A DNA stretch of 22,772 nucleotides from an uncultured virus (IMG/VR IMGVR_UViG_2687453376_000003) (Duplodnaviria; Heunggongvirae; Uroviricota; Caudoviricetes). Shown here piece after piece: positions 1 to 7,776 of the stretch (its first letter is position 1; each line of letters opens with the position of its first letter). Under the pieces are notes generated by a model, which searched no databases, was not told the origin of the DNA, and saw nothing but the letters and a program-made list of their open reading frames with translations. The stretch lies in the IMG/VR virus record IMGVR_UViG_2687453376_000003; one strand, written 5' to 3'. The position numbers were made by a program, and so were the translations under genes.

Positions 1-1851
1 TCATGATTTTGCTGGATGGCGGCCCCAGCCAAGCCTAGGTTAGTATTAGCCGCGACAATATCGGCTTGATGGGCGGCCAACTGCTGGCGGTTTGCCTCCA
101 GCGTCACACCGGTGACCTGATCAAACTGCTGTTGCCGATCAAGACGCCCTTTTACTGATGCGACTTCTGCCGCGGCGGCTGTGATGCCATCATGATTTTG
201 CTGGATGGCGGCACCGGCTAAGCCTAGGTTAGTATTAGCCGCGACAATATCGGCTTGATGGGCGACCAGCTGCTGACGGTTCGCCTCCAGTGTTACGCCG
301 GTAACCTGATCAAACTGCTGTTGCCGATCAAGACGCCCTTGTACTGATGCGACTGCTGCCGCGGCGGCTGTGATGCCATCATGATTTTGCTGGATGGCGG
401 CACCGGCTAAGCCTAGGTTAGTATTAGCCGCGACAATATCGGCTTGATGGGCTGCCAGCTGCTGGCGGTTCGCTTCCAGCGTTACGCCGGTGACCTGATC
501 AAACTGCTGCTGACCATCAAGACGCCCTTGTACTGATGCGACTTCTGCCGCGGCGGCTGTGATGCCATCATGATTTTTCTGGATGGCGGCCCCGGCTAAG
601 CCTAGGTTAGTATTGACCGCGCCGATCTCAGCTTGATGGGCGGCCAACTGCTGACGGTTCGCCTCCAGTGTTACGCCGGTGACCTGATCAAACTGCTGTT
701 GCCGATCAAGACGCCCTTTTACTGATGCGACTTCTGCCGCGGTGGCTGTGATGCCATCATGATTTTGCTGGATGGCGGCACCGGCTAAGCCTAGGTTAGT
801 ATTAGCCGCGCCAATCTCAGCTTGATGGGCTGCCAGCTGCTGGCTGTTCGCTTCCAGCGTTACGCCGGTTAACTGATCGAACTGCTGTTGCCGATCAAGA
901 CGCCCTTGTACTGATGCGACTGCTGCCGCGGCGGCTGTGATGCCATCATGATTTTGCTGGATGGCGGCACCGGCTAAGCCTAGGTTAGTATTAGCCGCGA
1001 CAATATCGGCTTGATGGGCTGCCAGCTGCTGGCGGTTCGCCTCCAGCGTCACGCCGGTGACCTGATCAAACTGCTGTTGTCGATCAAGACGCCCTTTTAC
1101 TGATGCGACTTCTGCCGCGGTGGCTGTGATGCCATCATGATTTTGCTGGATGGCGGCACCGGCTAAGCCTAGGTTAGTATTGACCGCGCCGATCTCAGCT
1201 TGATGGGCGGCCAACTGCTGACGGTTCGCCTCCAGTGTTACGCCGGTGACCTGATCAAACTGCTGTTGCCGATCAAGACGCCCTTTTACTGATGCGACTT
1301 CTGCCGCGGTGGCTGTGATGCCATCATGATTTTGCTGGATGGCGGCACCGGCTAAGCCTAGGTTAGTATTAGCCGCGCCAATCTCAGCTTGATGGGCTGC
1401 CAGCTGCTGGCTGTTCGCTTCCAGCGTTACGCCGGTTAACTGATCGAACTGCTGTTGCCGATCAAGACGCCCTTGTACTGATGCGACTGCTGCCGCGGCG
1501 GCTGTGATACCATCATGATTTTGCTGGATGGCGGCACCGGCTAAGCCTAGGTTAGTATTAGCCGCGACAATATCGGCTTGATGGGCTGCCAGCTGCTGGC
1601 GGTTCGCCTCCAGCGTCACGCCGGTGACCTGATCAAACTGCTGTTGTCGATCAAGACGCCCTTTTACTGATGCGACTTCTGCCGCGGTGGCTGTGATGCC
1701 ATCATGATTTTGCTGGATGGCGGCACCGGCTAAGCCTAGGTTAGTATTAGTCGCGACAATATCGGCTTGATGGGCTGCCAGCTGCTGGCGGTTCGCTTCC
1801 AGCGTTACGCCGGTTAACTGATCGAACTGCTGCTGACCATCAAGACGTCCC
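1..1851. repeat. Tandem array of about 9.8 x 189-bp coding repeats (63 aa, 9 heptads each)
   Basis: TCATGATTTT recurs at 1, 190, 379, 568, 757, 946, 1135, 1324, 1513 and 1702. Units differ only by point substitutions. The array may continue left of the window. Confidence 0.98.
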
Positions 1852-2147
1852 TTGATCGTTACGATTTCTGTATTTGCCGCCGTAAGCCTATTATGGTTCC
1901 GTTTAATGGCAGCACCAGCCGCCACCAAATTTATATCGATAGAGCGAATAACATTATTAGCAACATCTTTAATAGCGCTAGCTATTAATGTAGGTTCTGT
2001 TTTTAATCCGCCAACAATATTATTGACAATTGACTCAATACTTGCGTTTAAATCATCAATTTTCTCTGGTGAGTCACCTACATCAGCAGCCGATATGAAT
2101 GGGGTAGATATCATACCCAGTATTAATATCTTAGAGATAGATTTCAC
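3..2147 (-). CDS. Secreted repetitive coiled-coil protein, probable trimeric autotransporter adhesin (YadA/Eib-like) passenger stalk; partial, C-terminus beyond the window
   Basis: Hand translation of the - strand. GTG at 2147-2145 lies 6 nt after AAGGAG, with an in-frame stop upstream. The N-terminus MKSISKILILGMISTPFISA/ADVG looks like a Sec signal peptide. It is followed by about 10 copies of KGRLDRQQQFDQVTGVTLEANRQQLAAHQADIVAANTNLGLAGAAIQQNHDGITAAAAEVASV with a constant 189-nt period and no stop seen (715 codons in window). The CDS is well supported; the adhesin call is inference because the anchor is not visible. Confidence 0.75.
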   Translation of the reverse strand, partial: MKSISKILILGMISTPFISAADVGDSPEKIDDLNASIESIVNNIVGGLKTEPTLIASAIKDVANNVIRSIDINLVAAGAAIKRNHNRLTAANTEIVTIKGRLDGQQQFDQLTGVTLEANRQQLAAHQADIVATNTNLGLAGAAIQQNHDGITATAAEVASVKGRLDRQQQFDQVTGVTLEANRQQLAAHQADIVAANTNLGLAGAAIQQNHDGITAAAAAVASVQGRLDRQQQFDQLTGVTLEANSQQLAAHQAEIGAANTNLGLAGAAIQQNHDGITATAAEVASVKGRLDRQQQFDQVTGVTLEANRQQLAAHQAEIGAVNTNLGLAGAAIQQNHDGITATAAEVASVKGRLDRQQQFDQVTGVTLEANRQQLAAHQADIVAANTNLGLAGAAIQQNHDGITAAAAAVASVQGRLDRQQQFDQLTGVTLEANSQQLAAHQAEIGAANTNLGLAGAAIQQNHDGITATAAEVASVKGRLDRQQQFDQVTGVTLEANRQQLAAHQAEIGAVNTNLGLAGAAIQKNHDGITAAAAEVASVQGRLDGQQQFDQVTGVTLEANRQQLAAHQADIVAANTNLGLAGAAIQQNHDGITAAAAAVASVQGRLDRQQQFDQVTGVTLEANRQQLVAHQADIVAANTNLGLAGAAIQQNHDGITAAAAEVASVKGRLDRQQQFDQVTGVTLEANRQQLAAHQADIVAANTNLGLAGAAIQQNH

Positions 2148-2153
2148 TTTCAA

Positions 2154-2159
2154 CTCCTT
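2154..2159 (-). promoter_or_regulatory. Shine-Dalgarno sequence of the repeat-protein gene
   Basis: AAGGAG on the - strand, 6 nt before the GTG at 2147. Confidence 0.8.
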
Positions 2160-2229
2160 GTCTTTATTGTTAATACAGAATAAGTATGCAACAGGGATGA
2201 TTCATGTTATTATTGACTCATAAAGTAAC

Positions 2230-2238
2230 ATTATATCA
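2230..2238 (-). promoter_or_regulatory. Extended -10 sigma70 promoter element for the repeat-protein gene
   Basis: The - strand reads TGATATAAT, a perfect TGn-TATAAT, about 83 nt upstream of the start codon. There is no good -35 at 17-nt spacing, and the AT-rich context raises the chance-match rate. Confidence 0.6.
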
Positions 2239-2432
2239 CTATGACTATATTCAATAACGCCTTAACGATGTTAATATTATCTGTAGTTTATTTGTATTAG
2301 AGAGGCGCGTGCATTTTCACAAGTTAAACAACCGAGATAATAACGGCGTAGAAATCACATCTCAAAATAGGATAATTAAATTATTTTTGATTTTTAAGGT
2401 GGCGTTTAGAATAATGACCATGTAAAAATATT

Positions 2433-2702
2433 TTATGTATTCTGCAGCAGCTCAAGCGCCATCTGCTTTTCCTCTGGCCCTAGCCGCTCGAACAGCAGTT
2501 TCAGGACACCGCTTTGCAGCCCGCTCGGCACCAGGGTATGGGAATAGGTCAGGTTCATCACCCAGGTATGGCCACACTCCAGTCGCGTACAGCGGTAGTA
2601 GGCATCGGCAAAATCATAGTTGTCGGTCTTCCAGACCGTCTTTTGGATAATCGCCGGCGCCCCGCAGCAGCGACATTTGATTTTTTGTCTGCGCATCTCC
2701 AT
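2433..2702 (-). CDS. ogr: Ogr/Delta-family zinc-finger late transcriptional activator
   Basis: CRCC-X24-CTRLEC-GHTW matches the Ogr C-X2-C...C-X4-C-GHTF pattern. Alternative start at 2696. Confidence 0.88.
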   Translation of the reverse strand: MEMRRQKIKCRCCGAPAIIQKTVWKTDNYDFADAYYRCTRLECGHTWVMNLTYSHTLVPSGLQSGVLKLLFERLGPEEKQMALELLQNT

Positions 2703-2760
2703 CCCCGCACACCATGGCTATTACGGTGAAATTTTACCCGTTTTTTAACCATGCCACGAT

Positions 2761-3816
2761 TCACTGTGCTATCTGGGCATCATCATCAAACGTCAGGCTG
2801 AACGTCACCCGCCCAAGCCCCCCGATATCGGGAGCGGCATTGACCCCCTCCATAATCAGGCGGCGCAGCGGGATCACTTCATCCCGGTAGTACGCTTCGC
2901 GCGCCTTCAGTGGGTCACCCAGTCCGCCAGCATTGCTGGGAATGATACCAGCGAGGCCAGGCGGGAAGCGGTGGGCCGTCAGCTGATCCTGCGCGCTGAC
3001 GTTCTTGATATTCAGAAACTCATCCTTGGTGCCGGAGTCTCCGATGGGGATGACTTTCACCCCTTCCTTATCACCGCCGGGGATGTTGATAAACATCGAC
3101 TTAAAGTTGCCGGCTCCCTTGGATGCCTCAATCTTCTTGCGAAACAGCGCCTCAAGTTTAGGATCCATATCTGGGTCGGTACTGTAGAGGATATAGCCAA
3201 GATGAGCGCCGTTCTTGTAGTAGCGCCGGCGAAAACGGGTGGCATCGACGTTAAGCATGGCGGACTCCATACCATGGAGGTAGTCGGGAACACCGTAGAC
3301 CTGCTGCTGAGGATCGTACTGCGCGACAAAAATCACCTCGCCGCCAGCATAAGTGAGATCGTTGATGCCACCCTGCACGATAATCGTCTTGCGATCAGCG
3401 GTGCGGCGCAGATAGAGGGAGGGTAAAACGTGCAGCCGGTTGATGTGCCCCAGGCGATTACGCACCTTCAGCAACCCCACATCCCCGAAGATAAGCAGAT
3501 TGGTGACCGCGGCCGCCATGTCGCTATGGGTCAGTCCCCCGCCTCCCTGAAACCCGGCCATAACCATATTGACGCGGGCGCGCAGCACTGCACCGTGGTA
3601 AGGGGCGATGTTGGCCAGCACGGCGAGATCCATCCGTTCAATCGGCGGCAAGTAATAACCGTCGTACCCGCTCCACAGCACGCCGTTATAGCTCCCCCAG
3701 GCCGCGACCGGCTCGGGATCGCCGAACTCGATAAAGCTCCCCGGCGAACGGTGCCGCATAGCGCGCTGTCCCAACTTGCCGCCGCGCGCTTTAGGCGGCC
3801 TTTTTGTTTTCTTCAT
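2761..3816 (-). CDS. Phage portal protein (PBSX family, P2 gpQ-like)
   Basis: Motifs FGDPEPV, YDPQQQVYGVPDY, RRRYYKNGAHLGYILY, SKGAGNFKSMFINIP, AHRFPPGLAGIIP. Start moved from 3918 to ATG 3816 (MKKTKR), which overlaps the terminase end by 26 nt. Confidence 0.95.
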   Translation of the reverse strand: MKKTKRPPKARGGKLGQRAMRHRSPGSFIEFGDPEPVAAWGSYNGVLWSGYDGYYLPPIERMDLAVLANIAPYHGAVLRARVNMVMAGFQGGGGLTHSDMAAAVTNLLIFGDVGLLKVRNRLGHINRLHVLPSLYLRRTADRKTIIVQGGINDLTYAGGEVIFVAQYDPQQQVYGVPDYLHGMESAMLNVDATRFRRRYYKNGAHLGYILYSTDPDMDPKLEALFRKKIEASKGAGNFKSMFINIPGGDKEGVKVIPIGDSGTKDEFLNIKNVSAQDQLTAHRFPPGLAGIIPSNAGGLGDPLKAREAYYRDEVIPLRRLIMEGVNAAPDIGGLGRVTFSLTFDDDAQIAQ

Positions 3817-5590
3817 CACCAAAAATCCAGGTTGACCTGCGTTTGTTCCTATAACCGATGGGCTCATTGACCAAGGCGTGAGCGATGGCAAAGAAGATAT
3901 CGGCGTGTCCAGTTTCATCGGTACGGTCGGCAGTAAAGGTCACCGCATTGCCGGAGGCAGTCGCGCTCTGCTTTATCGCCAGGAACGACGCTGGGATATC
4001 TCTAGCGTCTTCATCCCACTCGATACGATTGCTGTCGATGACATCCAGCATTTTCAGCACCAGGCGATTTTTTGACTCGACGCTGTAGTGAATGGCCTTA
4101 GTCTCACGCCGTGCAAACCCCTGCACCAGTTCATAGACGCCATAGCCGATGCCGGTCACATCGATGCCGATATGGCTCATGTTGTAGCGCGATTTGATCG
4201 TCCGAATCTGGTCGGCCATCCACTGGAATGACAGGCCGCGCCAGTGGTGCTTTTCCAGCACTCGGAACCGCTCCACCGCCAGCAGGGGGACGGCGATGAC
4301 GACAAAGGTCGCATTATCTCCGCTGCGCGCCGGGTCAAACCCGCCCCACACCTCACGATTACCCAGCGGCGCCGCCTCGTCGGGATGGAAGTCCTGCCAG
4401 ATATGCGGGTTAACGCCGCACCGCACCAGTTTGGCGAAGTCGAATACGCTGTCTTTGTCATCCACAAAAACGCACATATATAGCCTGTTAAAGGCATTTT
4501 CGCCGTAACGCTCGCGCAGCTCCTCGATATCTGCCCGGTTAAATCCGCCGGCGATGGCATCCTCCATCGTCACCACATATCGCCACTGCTTGTCTGGGCA
4601 TTCACGGCCACCGTCACGCAGTTCGTCGAATGCCGGGAACGCCACACTCTTGCGCTCGGCGTTGCCGCGCCGCCATTCGTCACCACTCCAGAACGCATAG
4701 CCCTGGTGGTTTTTGGCGGAGGGAGTGGAGAAATAGGTCAGGCGCCAATGGCTCTGGGTCGCCATCCCGGAGGCCACCTCATTAAAGGTGGTAAATTTCG
4801 GGATCCACAGATACTCATCGATATACAAATGGCCGGAGTTCGACTGTGCTGTATTGGAATTGGTGGCCAGAAAATGCAGCTCGGCCATATTGCTCAGCCT
4901 GATCGGATTTCCTTTTAACTGAATGCCGTATTCAACCTGTGCGATTTTCAGGATATAGGTGCGAAAGACCTCGGCCTGGCGCCGAGAGGCCGACAGGAAG
5001 ATTTGGTTATCCCCCGTCAGCACCGCATCTTCGAATGCCTCAAAGGCAAAATAGTAGGTAGCGCCAATCTGGCGCGCCTTGAGCAAATTACGCACGCGGC
5101 GAAATTTATTGTCACGCAGATGCAGCTGATACTTGAACAACTTATCCAAAAACGGCGTGAAGTTCTCGGCGGTCAACCCGGAGATATCATTCTGTTTACG
5201 CCGACCCTTGCGCCTCCCTTCCCCCTCGGACGCTTCCCCCGTAGCGGTAGCATAGTCAGCCCCGGTAGCGTGCCGCTGTGCAATCTCGGCCATCCGCTCC
5301 GCATGCTTATTCTTCTGTGCCATCAACTTAACGTGATGGCCGATAAGCCGGTCGAGCTCATCGCGCTCTGTGTCGCTCTTATGCTCGCGGGCGGCAAGCA
5401 GGGTCAAGCGCTGGGCGATGGCATCCTCAACGCAATCGGTACTGAGCTGTGCATACCATTCATATTTGGTCGCCCAGTAATACACCACTCGCGGGCTGCT
5501 TAGCTTTAATTTGCGCTGTATTTCCTTTGGTGTATGCCGCTTTAAGTAAAGCGCCTTAGCCGCAGCGATCACTTCTTCAGAATAGGCCAT
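3791..5590 (-). CDS. Terminase large (ATPase) subunit, P2 gpP-like
   Basis: N-terminal HTH-like segment, Walker A KARQIGATY, Walker B LYIDE, nuclease-domain motifs GFDPARSGD and GHADIFFAIAHA. Confidence 0.95.
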   Translation of the reverse strand: MAYSEEVIAAAKALYLKRHTPKEIQRKLKLSSPRVVYYWATKYEWYAQLSTDCVEDAIAQRLTLLAAREHKSDTERDELDRLIGHHVKLMAQKNKHAERMAEIAQRHATGADYATATGEASEGEGRRKGRRKQNDISGLTAENFTPFLDKLFKYQLHLRDNKFRRVRNLLKARQIGATYYFAFEAFEDAVLTGDNQIFLSASRRQAEVFRTYILKIAQVEYGIQLKGNPIRLSNMAELHFLATNSNTAQSNSGHLYIDEYLWIPKFTTFNEVASGMATQSHWRLTYFSTPSAKNHQGYAFWSGDEWRRGNAERKSVAFPAFDELRDGGRECPDKQWRYVVTMEDAIAGGFNRADIEELRERYGENAFNRLYMCVFVDDKDSVFDFAKLVRCGVNPHIWQDFHPDEAAPLGNREVWGGFDPARSGDNATFVVIAVPLLAVERFRVLEKHHWRGLSFQWMADQIRTIKSRYNMSHIGIDVTGIGYGVYELVQGFARRETKAIHYSVESKNRLVLKMLDVIDSNRIEWDEDARDIPASFLAIKQSATASGNAVTFTADRTDETGHADIFFAIAHALVNEPIGYRNKRRSTWIFGDEENKKAA

Positions 5591-5620
5591 TACCTATCAC
5601 CGCTTTGATTGTGTTCCGTC

Positions 5621-5742
5621 AATTCTCTGTAGGAACCCACGCGGCGGCGAGAGCGGGAAAGCGGATAGTTTCGGATACCCCGCCATAGCCGAAACTATCC
5701 GTAACGGCCTGCATGACACCCGCGATTTTCACCGGTTAAATT
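5621..5742. promoter_or_regulatory. Divergent late promoter region with central 13-bp perfect inverted repeat (candidate activator site)
   Basis: CGGATAGTTTCGG (5662-5674), 14-nt spacer, CCGAAACTATCCG (5689-5701). -10-like hexamers lie symmetrically at 5737-5742 (+, TAAATT) and 5626-5621 (-, AGAATT). No consensus -35. Confidence 0.65.
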
Positions 5743-5776
5743 TGGCTACTCCTCTTTATTAGGTCGGTATCCTGAT

Positions 5777-6676
5777 ATGGCGCGCTTAAAAACAGACTGG
5801 ATAGCCATCGCGACCGCCGGACCCACCATTGACGGCCGCCAGATTGAGGCGCAATGGCTCACCGACGCCGCCAAATGCTATAACCGGGATGAATATACCG
5901 CCATGATCTGGCCGTATCATGAAAGCCCTTATTGGCGTGCATTCGGCACCAACTTTGGTGAAGTCGATGAGTTAAAGACCGAAACACGCGACGGTAAAAT
6001 ACAGTTAATGGCCCGCCTTATTCCCAATCAATTTCTCATTGAGGCCAACAGGAGCGGACAGAAACTGTTTACCTCTGTCGAGATCTTCGAAGACTACCTC
6101 GGCAGCGGGAAATACTTTCTCAAAGGGCTGGCGGTGACCGATACGCCAGCTAGCATCGGCACCACCCGCCTGCAGTTCAGCCAGGACAATCCTGGTACCC
6201 ATCACGGCAACGTGGAAGCGCTGATCCTAACGCTGCCGGGTGACAATGTGGATAGTGCCACCGAACAACAGACCCGGCGGGGATTCTTTTCCCGTCTGTT
6301 CTCCCAAGAGACACCCTCTCCCCACGAACTACCAAAGGCGATCCCTATGGATGAGAAGCAATTTAACCAGGTGATGGACGCCATCAACCACATCGGCACC
6401 CGTGTTGATACGATGGAGAAATCCTTCGCTGATGCCCTCCCTCTCTTAGTCCAGGCACCCACGCTGCCGCAAGACTCCGCATCTGACCCGGCAAACAATG
6501 ATGAGGACAAGGGTAACTTTGCGAGCAAGGAGCAGCTCGACCAGCTAGCGACGGCTATCGAGAGCCTGTCTAAAAAGATGGATGACATCAGCCAGACCTT
6601 CTCCGACCTGCAGGGCGATAACACCCCACTACCGAACGGAAACCCGTCCGGTGACGAATCCATCAATCTGGTCTGA
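5777..6676 (+). CDS. Capsid scaffolding protein/protease, P2 gpO-like
   Basis: TDWIAIATAGPTIDGRQI, KLFTSVEI and YFLKGLAVTDTPASIGT motifs; positioned directly before the capsid gene. Confidence 0.93.
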   Translation: MARLKTDWIAIATAGPTIDGRQIEAQWLTDAAKCYNRDEYTAMIWPYHESPYWRAFGTNFGEVDELKTETRDGKIQLMARLIPNQFLIEANRSGQKLFTSVEIFEDYLGSGKYFLKGLAVTDTPASIGTTRLQFSQDNPGTHHGNVEALILTLPGDNVDSATEQQTRRGFFSRLFSQETPSPHELPKAIPMDEKQFNQVMDAINHIGTRVDTMEKSFADALPLLVQAPTLPQDSASDPANNDEDKGNFASKEQLDQLATAIESLSKKMDDISQTFSDLQGDNTPLPNGNPSGDESINLV

Positions 6677-6690
6677 GGTAGATAAACACC

Positions 6691-7776
6691 ATGAGTATGC
6701 TCACCCCGGAAGCCCAGAAGTTGGCGCAGCTGTTCATCGCGAAATTCTCCGACACGTTTAAAGACTGCGGACGCTCTGGCGATATGCAGTTCACCCTGAC
6801 TGAGCCGCGTGCCATTGCGCTGCGCAAGGCGCTGCTGGAAAGTACCGAATTTTTACGCCTGATCAATTTGATGGATGTGCCACACCCGCAGGGGCAGGTC
6901 GTCGCCGTGGGTGAGTCCACCCTGCGCACCGGCCGTGTCAAGGATGGGCGCTTCACTAAGGGCAGCGGCATCAGCGGCAACGAGTTCAAGCTGGTCGAGA
7001 CGGACTCCTGCTGCGTCATCACCTGGGAGCAACTGGCCATCTGGGCAAACGCTGGCACGCCGGGCGAGTTTTTCAACCTGATGAACTCGACGGCAGTGAT
7101 CAATTTTGCACTCGATATGCTGCGTATCGGCTTTAACGGTACCCACATCGCCGAGAACTCTAACCCCACTGACTACCCCAGCGGTGAAGACATCAACATC
7201 GGTTGGCATCAGATTGCCAAGGACTGGGGGGACAACGAGGGACGGGTTTCACGCATTCTCACGACGCCCGTGACCGTGGGAGAAGGAGGTGACTATATCA
7301 GTCTGGATGCGATGGCGTCAGACCTGATCCACGCCTCCATCCCGCCGCAGTACCACAACGACCCACGCCTGGTTGTCCTGGTCGGCGCTGATCTGATCGC
7401 CGCAGAAAGCCTACGCCTGTTCAACAAAGAGGATAAACCCTCTGAACAGGTTGCCGCGCGTCAGCTGGGTAAGGACATCGCCGGGCGCCGCGCCATCGTA
7501 CCGCCGTTTATGCCCGGCAAGCGTATGGTCATTACCATGCTGCCTAATCTGCAGATCCTGACGCTGAAAGGCTCACGCCGCCGCAAGGCCGAGGATGCCG
7601 GCGAGCGCAAGCAGTTTGAAAACTCTTACTGGCGCTATGAGGGCTACGCCCTGGGTGATCCCGACCTGTACGCCGCGGTCGATGAGAGCGCAATCACTAT
7701 CGCCGGTGAGAAGCCAACCAGCGAGGCAGCCCATGATAACTCCAATGCAACGTCAGAAGGCTCAGCAGCAGAATAA
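6691..7776 (+). CDS. Major capsid protein, P2 gpN family
   Basis: ALDMLRIGFNG, DINIGWHQ, LVVLVGADL and PPFMPGKRMVIT motifs; synteny. Confidence 0.95.
   Translation: MSMLTPEAQKLAQLFIAKFSDTFKDCGRSGDMQFTLTEPRAIALRKALLESTEFLRLINLMDVPHPQGQVVAVGESTLRTGRVKDGRFTKGSGISGNEFKLVETDSCCVITWEQLAIWANAGTPGEFFNLMNSTAVINFALDMLRIGFNGTHIAENSNPTDYPSGEDINIGWHQIAKDWGDNEGRVSRILTTPVTVGEGGDYISLDAMASDLIHASIPPQYHNDPRLVVLVGADLIAAESLRLFNKEDKPSEQVAARQLGKDIAGRRAIVPPFMPGKRMVITMLPNLQILTLKGSRRRKAEDAGERKQFENSYWRYEGYALGDPDLYAAVDESAITIAGEKPTSEAAHDNSNATSEGSAAE

Noticed and set aside
1..1851. Regular repeats with an internal near-palindrome (CTAAGCCTAGGTTAG) as a CRISPR array
   Set aside because: The whole 189-bp unit repeats with no unique spacers, keeps an open reading frame, and no cas genes are present.
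1852..2223. 123-aa + strand ORF from the track
   Set aside because: It is the antisense shadow of the - strand fibre gene, which has the RBS, promoter and signal peptide.
2306..2359. TCACA half-sites as CRP boxes
   Set aside because: The partner half-sites (CGCGT, CGGCG) match TGTGA poorly.
3817..3918. Extended N-terminus of the portal in the ORF track (likewise track starts 7595, 8403, 9281, 15309, 19725, 20985)
   Set aside because: These extensions overlap upstream genes or structured intergenic DNA; downstream ATGs fit better on RBS, translational coupling or family-like N-termini.
5142..5167. TTATCCAAAA resembling the start of a gix/hix invertase site
   Set aside because: Only a partial match, inside the terminase gene, with no partner site or invertase.
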